Shown here one piece after another: positions 17,567 through 32,500 of a stretch of DNA of 64,000 nucleotides. Source of the DNA: Candidatus Kaiserbacteria bacterium. Its GTDB lineage: Bacteria; Patescibacteriota; Minisyncoccia; Phycocordibacterales; UBA2100. A program made the translations under genes and the position numbers. The notes beneath the pieces are model-generated. The model made no database searches. It saw only the letters and a list, made by a program, of their open reading frames with translations, and had not been told where the DNA came from. Location: positions 21,863 to 85,862 of the forward strand of contig CAVYCR010000007.1 of the NCBI GenBank assembly GCA_963767115.1, given 5' to 3'. The first letter of the stretch is position 1, and the number at the start of each line of letters is the position of its first letter.

Positions 17567-20500
17567 CAGCAACACGTTCAGCGGTGGCAACATCTTCAGT
17601 GCCTCGACCACGATCGGCAGTGGCAGCCAGACCGGCGGGCTGACCGTCGGTGGTGGCGCGACGACAACGGGCAATGCTTATTTTGGAGGCGCGGTAAGGA
17701 TTGGTGTCAATAGCGGCGGTAGTTATGCCCTCGGCGTACAAGGCACCACCGGGACACAGGGACTGAGTATTTTCGCTTCCGGACTTAGTTCGGCAAACAG
17801 GGGAATCTTCACCTTTACCGATTCGACGGGGAACCTTAATTACACATCGAATGGCGGTACGCAACAAAATCTCACCTTTAATCCTACCGGTAACGTTGGT
17901 ATCGGCACTACCTCACCCTTTGCGACGCTCGCTATTTCAGACAACACCGCAAACGGTACGACCACCGCCTTCCTCATCTCGTCCTCGACCGCTTCCGCCA
18001 CCACCACACTCTTCTCCATCGCCAACACAGGCACGATCACACAGAACGGTATCAAAAACTCGCTGGTCGCCGCTGACGGCAACGGCAACCTCATAGCTTC
18101 CACTACCATTGGTACGAATCTTCTCACGGGCAACCTCGCAACGATCAACGGCACCACAATCGCAAACGGCGGTACCTACACGATCACTGCGGCATCTTCA
18201 ACCCTCCTTGCCAACAACAACACCTTTAGTGGTAACAATCTCTTTAGTGCTTCCACAACCTTTGGGAACCTCATCAACATCAACCAGGCCTCCACTTCAC
18301 TTGAAACGGTGGGGAACGAGTACTTCTCAAACCTTCCGAACGCTGTGCTCTCCACTAATGCTTCAGGCCAAGTCGTTGCAACGACTTCAATCGGAAGCAA
18401 CTACATCACGGGCGTCCTCGGCACCATCAACGGCACCTCCTTCACGAGGGGCGGCTCTATCACGGTCAGTGGTGCAAGCTCCACTTTGCTCTCAGACAAC
18501 AACACCTTCTCCGGATCAAACATCTTCTCCCAGCCGCTCCAGCTCACTTCGACAACCGGAACAACGAGCATCGCTGCGGGCCAGGGCTTTACTGTCGGCG
18601 CCTCACAGCTTGTGCTGCAGCAGGGAAGCGGCTATGTGGGTATCGGCACCACCACCCCCGGCTCCTTGCTCTCACTCAACAACATCGCGAACTTCACCGC
18701 AGCCACCTCCACCTTCTACTCGACAGGCGGCATCAACCTCGCCGGCGGCTGCTTCGCGATCAACGGATCGTGCCTCAACACGAGTGGCGCTTCCTCAACG
18801 CTCCTTGCCAACAACAACACGTTTAGCGGTACCAATTCATTCACGGGCAACACCACCTTCGGTGCTGCAACCTCTACAAGCTTCGCAATCACGAGCCTCG
18901 CCAACTCACTCCTGTCAGTGAATGCAAACGGTTCGATCATCGCCACCACCTCAATCGGTACCAACCTCCTCACGGGCAACCTCGCCACAGTCAACGGCAC
19001 CGCGATCGCAAACGGCGGCACCTACACGATCACTGCGGCTTCCTCGACACTTCTCGTCAACAACAACACCTTCTCCGGCTCCAACATTTTCTCGCAACCG
19101 CTCGCGCTCTCTAGTACGAGCGGTACAACGACGATCGCTTCAGGCCAGGGCTTCACGATCGGCGGTTCGCAATTCTTGTTGCAGCAGGGAAGCGGGTTTG
19201 TTGGTATCGGCACGACTTCTCCAAGCTCGCTCTTCTCGGTTGGCGGAAACGGATTCATCGGCGGCAATCTCAACGTAACCGGCACACTCACTGCGCCCTT
19301 CACACAATTTGGCACGGGTGCCGTTGCCGAACCGATACTGACAACCGTCGGCCGCGTGATCTACGCGGATCAATACGGCACGCACCATGATGGCGTCACC
19401 GACGATACGACGGCAATCCAAAACGCGCTCAATGCTGCAAGCTCTGAAGGCGGCGGCACGGTCTTCCTCGGCCCGTATCAGTACCTCATCAATAGTGCGA
19501 ACCTCACGATCCCTTCGCAAGTGACACTCTCGGGCCAGGCATGGCCGGGCGTGCCGACCGCGGCGAACTTCGGGAGTAAGCCCTATACGCTCCTCCTCAA
19601 TCCTTCGTACACGATCATCGGGAGCAGCAACGCAGGACTCCAAAACGTACTTCTCTTGAAAAGCGGCATGGTCGCGGCGACCTCGACGCGCGCGAGTATG
19701 AATCTCGTTGCGAGCTTCGCAGGTACCGCAATCACCGGGAATGGCAACGACTTCAGCGTGCAAAATGTCACCGTCGGCGGATTCAATATGTGCTTCTATT
19801 CAAGCGGCAACGGCAGAATGGTACTGAACCAATTCTTCGGCGACTGTACCAACGGTGTTGATATCGATAACGCCCACGACATCGGCAAGCTGCACAATGT
19901 CGAGTTCTGGTCCTTCCTCTCGGTCGGTTTCGGCGGTGCATACACCGTCGCGTATCCAGTCTCCAACGTCACAACGAGCGGCAGTAACTATGACATCACC
20001 ATTCCGACCAACGTCTTCCAGACGGGCGACACGGTATGGGTCACGGGTGTCGGGGGCGCCGTCGGTGCCAACGGTAAGTGGGTTGCAACCGTTGTCGGGC
20101 CGAACGACATCGTTCTACAAAACTCTGCAGTCGCGCCGTCAATTGTAGGGACGACGACCGCAAGCTCGTACGAAGTCTCGGTCGCGACGACGACCGCGCT
20201 CTACGCGGGTGAAGGCGTGAGCGGCACCGGCATTCCTTCCGGCGACACGATCGCGCAGGTCTCCGTCCCGGCTTCGGTGATTTGGCTCACGCAGGCGGCT
20301 TCAGCAACTGCTAATGGCACCACCTTGAGCTTCACCAATGGTACCTATACGAGCGGCGGCAACGTCTATATAGACACGACGATCCGCAATGGAACTGCGT
20401 ACACCTTTACGCATAGCGAAGGTGCAGAGTGTAACGACTGCTCCGATATCGGCCACCAAATCGGCTTCTATCTCGGCGCAGGAGCGAGCGGCATCAATAT

Positions 20501-23500
20501 TATCAATGGAGCTTCCGATTACGACGGCAACCTCAACGACCCGACGGCGATCAACCTCGAGGTCGCCAGCACCTCGACGGGGTCGGATTGGAGTGGCGGA
20601 TGGATGACCTCGAAGAACACGTCGATCTACAATGCTAATGCCAGCGGCCCAGCGACGACGGTCTCCGCAGTCAACATCTCAACGGTGGTCGGCGGTACGA
20701 CCGCTGATGTCGAGAGTGGCCGCCTCATCATTTCTGACTCGCAGCAATGGAATAGCAGCGATGTTCTTGTCGGCTCATCGGTCGGCAGTCTCACGATGAC
20801 GGGTGATGACATGGTGCATACCACTATGATGCCGGCGAATTCCGCGACACTCGCAGGCTTGTCAATCGGCGGCGGCACGCAGTTCAAGTCCACCTCGGTA
20901 GACCAGGGCCTCGCTTCGCTCTCATCGCCCCTCAACGGAAACACTGGCGCAGGCTCTGGTGCACTCGACCTCTACCTTGGCACAAGCACAACCGGCTTCG
21001 AGACGGCGTTTGGATACAACGCACTTCAGAACGCGACGTCATCGTCGGATGATGTCGCGGTAGGATACGGAGCGCTCACCGGAAGCGCGACGATTTCGAG
21101 TGTCGGCTCCAATACCGCAATCGGCTGGAACACGCTCAACCTCAATACCTCGGGACACGGCAATGCTGCGCTCGGCGCAGGTGCCTTGTATCGTAACACC
21201 TCTGGCAGTTTCAACATCGGCATTGGTAATTCCGCATTGGCATTCAATACGACGAGCTCGGCCAATACTGGCATCGGCTCATCGGCTCTGTGGTTTAGTA
21301 CCGGTGCCGCCAACACGGCTATCGGCTATCAGGCGGGTGAAGGCGTCAACGGGAGCACCTCTGGAAGCAACAACTCGTTCTTCGGATACAATTCGGGCTT
21401 CGGCATCACGACAGGCATCGGCAATCTCTTTTCCGGCTTCAATACCGCCTCAACCACTGCATCAGGCTCCTACAACATAGCGCTCGGCTACGACGTCGGC
21501 TTCGTGAATCCCAACAACTCCAACCAGCTCGATATCGGCAACTTGATCTATGGCACCGGCATCAACGGACAGGGTACCGCGGTCTCAACGGGAAACATCG
21601 GCATCGGCACCTCGACCCCCGGCTCGCTCCTCTCACTCAACGGCATTGCGAACTTCGCCGTCGGTACCTCGACCCTTTACACCGGTCTCAACATCACCAG
21701 CGGCTGCTACGCGATCAACGGCTCCTGCATCAACGGCACCGGCGCCTCGACGACGCTCCTCTCCGACAACAACACCTTCTCCGGATCGACCATTGTAGGT
21801 AATGGCACGCAAGCCGGCGGTCTGACTGTTTCCGGCGGCGCGACGACGACCGGCACTCTGTCGGTAGGAAGCGGCATTTTCCTGAACCGTGCTAGTAGCG
21901 AACCGTTCTTGGTTTTGCAATCAGGAGGCACCTCCATCGGCCAGATTCGCGCTTCAAGCACTGAAAATGCTGTTTTCATCGCATCAGCGACCGGTGCACC
22001 GCACTACTTCGACGTGATCACGGGCGGCGGCAATGCGGGAAATGTCGGCATCGGCACCACGAGCCCTGATGAACTCTTAAGTGTCAACGGCAACATCGAT
22101 ACTTCGGGGGTCTATATGATCGGCAATCAATCATTGTTGAGTGCATTCGGCTCGACGACGATCCTCGGCTTCGGCGCCGGCAACGCCTTCCAAAGCGCGA
22201 ACGTCGGCGAGACTGCGATCGGCTATCAGGCGCTCGCAACTGCTACGTCGTCATTCGAGGACACCGCGATCGGCTATCAAGCACTCAAGAACGAGATATC
22301 GAACAATAATAATCCGCCCGGTAACACGGCAATCGGGTGGAATGCGCTCACTGCAGACACCTATGGATTCCAAAACGTTGCGATGGGTCCGGGAGCACTC
22401 GCGCGAAATACGAACGGCAATTACAACATCGGTATCGGTCAAGCAGCACTCGCGTTTAATACCACGAGCTCCGGTAACACGGGGATCGGCTCATCAGCTT
22501 TGTGGTTTAACACGGGTGCGAACAACACCGCAATCGGCAGTTCAGCGGGCCAAGGTGTCAACGGCAGCTCGTCCGGAAGCAACAACTCGTTCTTCGGTAT
22601 CAATGCCGGCTCCGGTATTACGACCGGCAATGCAAACCTCTTCCTTGGCAGCAATACCGGTTCGACGACTGCAACTGGCTCGGGTAATGTCGCGCTTGGT
22701 TACGATATTGGCTTCGTCAATCCCAACAACTCCAACCAACTCGATATCGGCAACCTCATCTTTGGTACGGGGCTCTCCCAAGGCACCACGGTTTCAAGCG
22801 GCAATATCGGCATCGGTACTTCAACGCCGTGGGCAAACTTAAGCATCATCAACAGCGGCTCTAATCCGGGGTTCGTTGTTGCAAGCGCCTCCGGAGCTTC
22901 GCAGCTTTTGGTCGATCAATCCGGCAATGTCGGCATCGGCACCACTTCTCCCAACCATCTGCTTACAATCTGGGGTTCGGATTCAAGTACGGTGCTGACA
23001 ACCACCTCAGTAGCAGAAATGAATATCGTCAACGCCAATACCACGGCAAACAATGCCGCAGATATTGCGCTCAATACGATTGATACCAACGGTGCTGCCG
23101 TCACCGGAACGAAACTCGCCTCAGTATTTACCTCTCATACCGCCAATGCAGTATCCGCCGATACGGTATTCTTGAATCGCACTGCCGGCACACTTTCTGA
23201 AAAGATGCGCCTCACCTCGGGAGGATTCCTTGGCATCGGCACCTCGACCCCCGGCTCCCTCCTCTCTCTCAACGGCATCGCCAACTTCGCAGCAGGCACC
23301 TCGACCCTCTACACCGGTCTCAACATCACCAGCGGATGCTTTGCAGTCAACGGTACATGCCTCGTTACCAACGGTGCTTCTTCAACACTTCTCTCTGACA
23401 ACAACACCTTCTCCGGCAATGAAAACTTTACCGGCAATGTCGGCATCGGTACTTCAAGTCCGTATCAAGCCTTCTCAGTCAACGGCAATGCCGCCTTCAA

Positions 23501-26500
23501 GACCACTGCGGGAACCGCATATATTCAAGCCAGTGGTGGTGCCGGTGCAGAGCTTGGTAGTACCGGGTACCTCACCTTGAGCGGTGGTAATAGCCAAGGT
23601 GTTGCCTTTGATACCAACGACACCACCGAACTCGCACGCTTCACTCCTGCCGGACAGCTCGGTATCGGCACTTCGACACCAACAACAGTGCTCTCGTTTG
23701 CGGGCGTCAACGGCATCTACGCATCCACGACCGGTAACTCAATCTTCCAAGGCGGTGGTATTAACCTCACCACCGGTGCAGGACAGACTGGCTGCTTTGC
23801 AATCAATGGTACGTGTATTGTCACCAACGGGGCTTCTTCGACACTTCTCTCTGACAACAACACCTTTAGTGGCAAGACCACCCTCACCAACGCAACTTCA
23901 TCAACCTTTGCAATCACCGGCCTTGCCAACTCCATCCTCTCAGTAAATGCAAACGGCACCGTCGTCGCCACCACCTCCATCGGCACTAATCTTCTTTCTG
24001 GTAATCTTGCAACCGTGAACGGCACCACAATCGCAAATGGTGGTACCTACACCGTCACTGCAGCAAGTTCAACACTTCTTGCTAACAGTAATACGTTCTC
24101 AGGTAACAATGTTTTCAGTGCTTCTACGACATTCTCCAACCTCATCAACATCAACCAAGCTTCCACTTCACTCGAGACGGTAGGGAATGAATACTTCTCA
24201 AACCTCCCCAATGCAGTGCTTTCGACCAATGCCAACGGCCAAGTCGTCGCGACAACATCAATCGGTACCAACATTCTCACGGGTGTTCTCGGCACAATCA
24301 ATGGCACTCCGCTTAGTAGAGGTGGCTCCATCACGATCAGCACTGCTTCTTCAACGCTCTTGTCCGACAACGACACCTTTAGCGGGGGTGATTTCTTCAG
24401 CCAGCCGCTCAACACTTCGGGCACCACTGGAGGATACAGCATTGATGGCAACCTCATCCTCCAAGCTTCTTCAACGCTTGCTTCGACGCTCATCGGCCAA
24501 GGCGCGGGTGCATCGCTGACAACCTCCTTTGGTAACGTAGCGGTCGGCTACGGCGCGCTCCAGTTCGCGACTTCAAGCCCCGACAACGTTGCGATTGGCT
24601 TTGACGCGCTCAATGCATTCACCGCTGCCGTGCCGCCAAATCCTGGCGCGGTGGGAGACATGACGGCAGTCGGCTACCGAGCGCTTGCAAGTTCTACCAA
24701 CGGCTACATCAACACCGCAATCGGCTACGAATCGATGTATGAGAGCACATCAACGGTCGAGAACACCTGCGTGGGATGGACTTCTTGCGGAGACCTGCAA
24801 AATCAGTTTTTGTCGACCGCCGGCAGCTACAACGTTGGCGTTGGTGCTGGCGCTTTGTGGCACGATACCACTGGGGACAACAACGTGTCGGTTGGTTCTG
24901 ACAACATGCGCAATACCGTCGGCGCGCAGGGCGACGTCGCCGTCGGCGAGGGATCGATCAGGAATGGCGTGCCGAATGCTGACATTGGTATCGGCGTCTA
25001 TGCGCTGCGCGGCCAGGGTTGGTACGATGGCAACGCCGCAACTTCTACCGAGGCCGACGACATTGCCATCGGTACCTATGCAATGTCGACGACGAGTCTG
25101 ACCACAGCACAGTACGACACGGCGGTAGGTCACTACTCCTCGCAGAACTTGATTAATGGTAACTACAACGTCGCATTCGGTGCCTTTACCTTGCAGAATG
25201 CCACCTCGTCCAACAACAACGTCGCCATCGGCTACAACGCACTCTTGGGAAGCAGTACAGTCTCGAGCGTCGGCAACAACACAGCTATCGGATACAACTC
25301 ACTCGAAAATGATGCTTCCGGTGCAAGCAATACAGCCCTTGGTTATTCATCTCTCGCCAGCAACACTTCCGGCGGCAACAACGTGGGTCTCGGCTATGGA
25401 GCGCTGACTGCGAATCTTGCAGGCAACAACAACGTCGCGATCGGTCTCAATTCGCTTGCTAACGACAATACTTCAGGAAGTACCGGTATCGGCGCTTCAT
25501 CACTCTTATACAGTACCGGTGCGGGCAACACTGCAGTGGGCTTCCTCGCAGGTCAGGGTGTAAACGGTAGTTCTTCAGGCACTTTCAATTCACTTTTCGG
25601 CTACCAGAGCGGTTTTGGACTTACAACCGGCGCTGCAAACATTCTCCTCGGTACTAATGCTGCATCGACCACGGCATCAGGCTCATTCAATATCGCGCTC
25701 GGTTATGACGTCGCACTGCCAAGTCAGAACGGCTCCAACCAGCTCGACATCGGCAACTTGATCTACGGCACCGGCATCAATGGCCAAGGGAGCAATGTCT
25801 CGACCGGCAATATCGGTATTGGCACCACGACCCCGGGATCAATTTTTGCGATCGGCAATGTCGCGAACTTCACGACGGCAACCTCAACCTTCTACTCGAC
25901 GGGCGGCATCAACCTTGCGGGCGGCTGCTTTGCGGTCGGCGGCACCTGCATCAACACCACCGGTGCCTCGACGACGCTCCTCTCCGACAACAACACCTTC
26001 TCCGGCAAAAACATTTTTGCTGCGGCTACCTCATCAAGCTTCGCGATCACCGGACTTGCCAACTCGCTCTTGTCGGTCAATGCAAATGGTTCAATCATCG
26101 CCACTACTTCGATCGGCACCAATCTTCTTACCGGCACCTTGGGTACCGTCAATGGCACGGCGTTTAGTGTCGGATCATCAATTACCGTCGGTGGCGCATC
26201 AACCACACTCCTCGCTGATAACAACACGTTCTCGGGCAGTGATATCTTTAGCGCTCCGCTCACCGTGGGTAACAGCATTAATGGCCTTACTGTGAGTGGC
26301 GCTGCAACGACGACGGGCAGCCTCTCAGTCAACGCTTCAATCAGTGTCGGTGGAGCTACCTCGACCATTGGTGCTGGATCAATTGCCTTGAACCGGTCAG
26401 CTGCAGATCCGTTCTTCGTATGGTCGGAAAGCGGAAACACTATCGCACAGATCCGCGCGGACAACGTAGAAAATGGTCTCTACTTCGCCGACCAGACCGG

Positions 26501-29500
26501 CAACACTCACTACTTCGACGTACTGACCGGTGGTACTAACGCTGGCAACGTCGGCATCGGCACTTCTACACCAACAGCACCACTCTCCATTGGTAATGGC
26601 GGTATCTCAATCAACCGCAACAACGGTCTCGATCCGTACATCGCATTCACCGGTACGAGTAGTCTTATAGGACAGATCCGTGCCAATTATGCGAACAATG
26701 AAATTTATATCGCTAGCGCAAGCGGTGGCGTGCACTACGCTGACTTCCTCACTAATGGTACCAATGCCGGCAACGTCGGCATCGGCTCGACGACTCCCAA
26801 CTCCTTGCTCTCGGTCGGCAACACCAACGGTATCAACTTCTCGACCGCAACCTCCACCTTCTACTCAACCGGCGGTATCAACCTCACCTCGGGTTGCTTC
26901 TCGGTCGGTGGCACCTGTATCGGCACTACGGGCGCATCGACGACACTTCTTTCCAACAGCAACACGTTCTCCGGCAACAACCTTTTCTCTGCTTCCACGA
27001 CTTTCTCCAACCTCATCAACATCAATCAAGCTTCCACATCGCTCGAGACGATCGGCAATGAATATTTCTCCAACCTCTCCAATGCTGTTCTCTCCACCAA
27101 CGCAAACGGCCAAGTCGTCGCTACGACTTCGATCGGCAGCAATCTCCTGACTGGCACCCTCGCTACCATCAATACCCAGACAATTACACCAGGTGGCACG
27201 TTCACCATCACTGCAGCAAGTTCAACCCTCCTCTCCGACAACAACACCTTCTCCGGCACTGATGTCTTTTCCCAACCGCTTACGATCAGTAACACTACAG
27301 GCACGACGACGCTTGCAAGCGGTCAGGGCTTCACGGTCGGCAGCTCGCAGTTCGTCGTGCAGCAGGGAAGCGGCAATGTCGGTATCGGCACTTCTTCTCC
27401 TTCAAATGCACTATCAATTGGCAACGGCGGCATCTCGATCAACCGCAACAGCGGCCTCGATCCGTACATCAGCTTCACCGGAACGAGCACACCGATAGGA
27501 CAAATCCGAGCTAATTACGCTAACAATGAAATTTACGTCGCGAGCGCGAGCGGTGGCATACATTATGCTGATTTCCTTACCGGCGGCACCAATGCGGGAT
27601 TTGTCGGCATCGGCACTTCGACTCCGGGCTCATTGCTCTCACTTAATGGCATCGCCAACTTCACCGCTGCCACCTCCACCTTTTACTCAACCGGCGGTAT
27701 CAATCTCGCTGGTGGCTGTTTTGCAGTAAACGGTTCGTGCATCAATGTGACGGGTGCCTCAACGACGCTCCTCTCCGACAACAACACGTTCTCCGGCAAG
27801 AACACGTTCGGCGCTGCTACTTCATCGAGCTTCGCGATCACCGGACTTTCCAACTCTATCCTCTCGGTCAATGCAAATGGTTCAGTTGTTGCAACTACTT
27901 CAATTGGAATCAACCTGCTCAGTGGAATCATCCCAATCGCCAATGGCGGCACTAACCAAGCATTGCAGACGTCAGGCGGCGTCAACTACTTTGACGGCAC
28001 ACATATCACTTCTGGCACCGGATTGAGCTTCACCGGGACCAATCTCGGTGTCGGTTCGACAAGTCCGAATCATGCGTTGACTGTGGTGAGTACGGTAAAC
28101 GGCGGCAATGCATGGATCGAATCCAGTGCGAACAATGCCGGTCTTGTCATCAACAATACCCAGTCAGGCGGGCGCCAGTTCGAGTTTGATTCTGCTGGTG
28201 GTTCAGCCACCTTGGCCTCATCCTTCTATCTCAATGATGATACGGGAGTCAAAACCCCATTCTTAGTGAATAGCAGCGATGACCTTGGTATCGGTGGCGG
28301 TATCACGAGTAATACGCTTACTGGAGCCGATCTTACGCTCTTGCATAGCGGCAATGTTGGTGTTGGCACTTCGACTCCGGGCTCATTGCTCTCACTTAAT
28401 GGCATCGCCAACTTCACCGCTGCCACCTCCACCTTTTACTCAACCGGCGGTATCAATCTCGCTGCAGGCTGCTTTGCAGTAGGTGGTATCTGCATCAATA
28501 CCACCGGTGCCTCCTCAACGCTCCTTTCCGACAACAACGCGTTCTCCGGACTCAACACGTTCACCCAGCCGCTCACCTTGAGTAACACGACCGGCACTAC
28601 CACGATCGCAAGCGGCCAAGGCTTCACGATCGGGGGATCGAACTTCGTAGTCCAACAAGGAACGGGATTCGTCGGCATCGGCACCTCGAGTCCCTACCAG
28701 ACTCTTTCCGTCAATGGCAACGCAGCATTCAAAACAAGCGCCGGCACTGCCTTCATCAAGAACAACGCGGGAGCTGCCGCTGAATTCGGAAGCTCCGGAT
28801 ACCTCGTTCTTAGTGCAGGCAATACGCAGGGCATCACCTTCGATACGAACGATACGACTGAATTCGCGCGATTCACTCCGAATGGAGCCTTCGGTCTCGG
28901 CACTACAACCCCTTACGGTATTCTCTCGATTGCGGGAGTCGCTGGTGGGGGCGTCGGCAGTTTGCCACTCGTCAGCATTTCCTCCTCGACCGCTGCGTAC
29001 GCGACTTCCACCGTATTCACAATAGACAAGAACGGCCTCGTCGGCATCGGCACCTCGACTCCTGGTTCGGTCTTAGCGATTAATGGCGTCGGAAATTTCG
29101 TCGCAAATTCTACCTCTACCATCTATAACGGCATCAACATCAGCTCGGGCTGCTTTGCAGTCGGAGGCACCTGCTTGCAGCCCTTTAGCGGCACCGCGGC
29201 TTCTTCAACGCTGCTCTTGAACAACAACACGTTCAGTGGATCAAACATCTTCTCCCAGCCGCTCCAGCTCACCTCGACGACCGGCACTACCACGATCGCA
29301 AGCGGCCAAGGCTTCACCGTTGGCGGCTCGCAATTCGTCGTTCAACAGGGAAGTGGTGATGTCGGCGTTGGCACCTCGAGCCCGTTTGCGAAGCTCTCGG
29401 TCGCGGGCAATGCGTACTTTGGCGGTAACCTCACCGCGACCGGTACGCTGCAATTGACCGGCATCACGAGCGGGCTCCTCTCGGCCGACAGCAGTGGTAC

Positions 29501-32500
29501 CGTCACGGCTTCGACTTCGATCGGTACTAGCCTTCTCACAGGAAGCCTCGGTACGATCAACGGCACTGGCTTCACGAGCGGCAGCGCAATCACGATCACT
29601 GCAGCTTCCTCGACGCTGCTTGCGAACTCCAACACCTTCTCCGGCACCAATATTTTCTCATCGCTCCTTAATCTCAACGGCGGTTTGGCTTCCTTTGCAT
29701 CATCCACGATCGGTAATGGCACACAGGGAGGAGGATTGGTCGTCAGCGGCGGCGCGACGACGACCGGCAATGCCGCGATCTTGGGCTCGCTTGCGGTCGG
29801 CACTTCGACCGTTCCCAACGGCGCGCAGCTTTTCATCTACAACACCAACACCGCGGGCTCCATTCCGGCGATACTCATCGGTGGCAACCCGGGCGGCGAC
29901 ACGGACTTCTGGATCGGACGTACCAATACCAACGACGGTCTCAACAACGACTCGCTGCAATTCGGCCAGAGCCTGGTGCCAGGTGCATCGCCGATTCTTA
30001 CCTTGAATTATCAATCCAATGTGGGCATCGGCTCATCGACGCCGTTCGCCAAGTTCAGTATCCAAGGTAATCCGACCGATCCGTCGATCGATACGCTGCT
30101 CTTCCAAGTTGCATCATCAACTGCTTCGGCAACCACAAGCCTCTTCTCAATCTCTAATACCGGATTGATCAACCAGAATCTCATAAAGAATTCGATCATC
30201 GCGGCTGATAACAATGGCAATTTCATTGCGACGACCTCGATTGGCACGAATCTCCTTGCTGGCACACTCGCCACCATTAACACCCAAGCAATCACGCCAG
30301 GCGGCACGTTCACTATCACCGCTGCATCTTCGACACTCCTCGCCAACAACAATACTTTCTCGGGATCAAACATCTTCAGTACGCCGCTTCAGCTCACTTC
30401 GACGACCGGGACGACTACTATCGCTACTGGCCAAGGCTTCACGATCGGATCCAATCAATTCGTCGTCCAGCAAGGAAGCGGTATGGTCGGCGTCGGTACC
30501 ACCACCGACGGACAAAATCCTACACAGATGGGACATCTCACAATTGATGACGGCAACAGCACGACCGAAAACGCGCTCGATATGATCGGCAACGTCAACG
30601 ATTTCCTCGAGAGCAATATCACGAACAACTCAACTGGCGCAAATGCCCAGTCAGGATATTCGGCGACGGCAAACACCGGATCACTCACTACAGGGTTCAT
30701 GTTCATGGGCGTCAACAACAGCAACTTCTGGAATCCGACCGCGTACAATGTTGGCGGCGCACTCGACTCGACGCTCTTGAGCGATTCCAACGATCTCTAC
30801 ATCGCCCAAGGCACTGCAGGAAAGAAGATCCATATATTGAACGGCGGTACCTCGACTTCGACCAATGAGGCACTGACCATCAGTGGTTTGAATGTCGGCA
30901 TCTCGTCATCGACTCCGGGCTCGTTGCTCTCGCTCGGCGGCATCGCAAACTTCACCAGCGCAACCTCAACTCTCTACTCAAGCGGCGGCATCAACATCAC
31001 CAATGGCTGCTTCGCAGTGGGCGGTACCTGTATCTCTGCCGGTGGCGGCTCCGGCACAGTGAGCTCGGGTACACAAGGACAGTTCGCCTTCTACAATGCA
31101 AACGGCACGACGGTCTCCGGTACCTCGACGCTCTCACTCTCGACCGCGGGAGCACTAACCTTCACCGGCAACCTCGTCAATTACACCTCCGTTGCGACTA
31201 CTACGATTGAAAATAACACTCCCTACGCCTGGACCATTGCGACATCTTCGACCGCTGCTCCACTTTTCAATATCAACACGACTAGCGGCTCTGAGACGGT
31301 CTCCATCGGCGTCCCTAATTCCGACATCTATATCGGCGATGTGAACTCCAGTCCGAACCTTGTCTTCCAAAACAGTTCAACCATCGAGACCGCCAGTGGA
31401 GGCACGGTTACCCTCGGTGCCGGCTCCGACACCTTCAACTTCGGCGGCTCTGGCACTACCACTTTCTCCGGTAATGGTATCAACGTGACGACCGGTTGTG
31501 TTGCGGTTGGAGGTATTTGTCTTCCCACCAGTTCAGCATCATCGACGCTCTTAGCCAACAACAACACCTTCAGCGGAAACGACATCTTCTCAACGCTCCT
31601 CAGCCTCAACACCGGATATATCGCGACCGCATCCTCGACGGTAGTAGGCAATTTGACCACTACAGGATTCGTTAATACGAGCGGCACTACCGGCGGCTAC
31701 CAAATCAACGGCAACCTGATCCTCCAGGCATCGACGACCAACAATAGTTTGTTGGTTGGACAAAGCGCGGGAGCGGGCTTGCTAGCCACGGCACTTAATA
31801 ACGTTGCCTTTGGCCTAAACGCACTCAAGAATGCTACGACGACCAATGGTTCCATTTGTATCGGCTGGCAGTCGTGCCAAGGAGCAACCAGTGGCAGCGT
31901 CCTCTCAAACGGCAATATTGGTATCGGTGCAGATGCACTTCTTTCAATCACGACTGGAGGCGGTGCAACACTTAACGCCAACACCGCTGTCGGATCAAGC
32001 TCATTGCTCGCGTTGACCACCGGTTCTGCCAACACGGCTGTCGGTGCATTGAGTGGTACGGCGATCACGACCGGTCAATCCAACGCGCTCTTCGGCGTAA
32101 GCGCGGGTAAAGTGTTATCGGTTGCGAACAACAACTCATTCTTCGGTAGTAGTGCAGGTGCGGGCGATACGGCGAGTAACAACAGTGCCTTTGGAGCAAG
32201 TGCCATGATATCGAATACGACCGGTGGACTTAACTCAGCGTTTGGCTACAGCGCTCTCTTCAAGGTCACGACCAACAGCAATGACACCGCCTTCGGTTAT
32301 TCATCCCTCGCATCGACTACCGGTACCAGCATTACCGGCGTCGGTACCAACGTTGGTCTCAACCTCGTAAACGTCACATCAGCATCGACTACCTACCTCG
32401 GCTCCTTCGCAGGACAAGGTTCAGCTGCAGGCTTCGGACAGATCGGCACGGTAGCGATCGGCGCGGGTTCGGGATGGAACTTCGCCTCGTCTTCCAACTG

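Noticed and set aside
6500-32000. Periodic repeats considered as a possible CRISPR array or as DGR template/variable repeats.
   Set aside because: The repeats are contiguous coding units without unique spacers. Copies are either 100% identical or differ at scattered, mostly synonymous positions with no adenine-specific pattern. No reverse transcriptase or cas gene is in the window.
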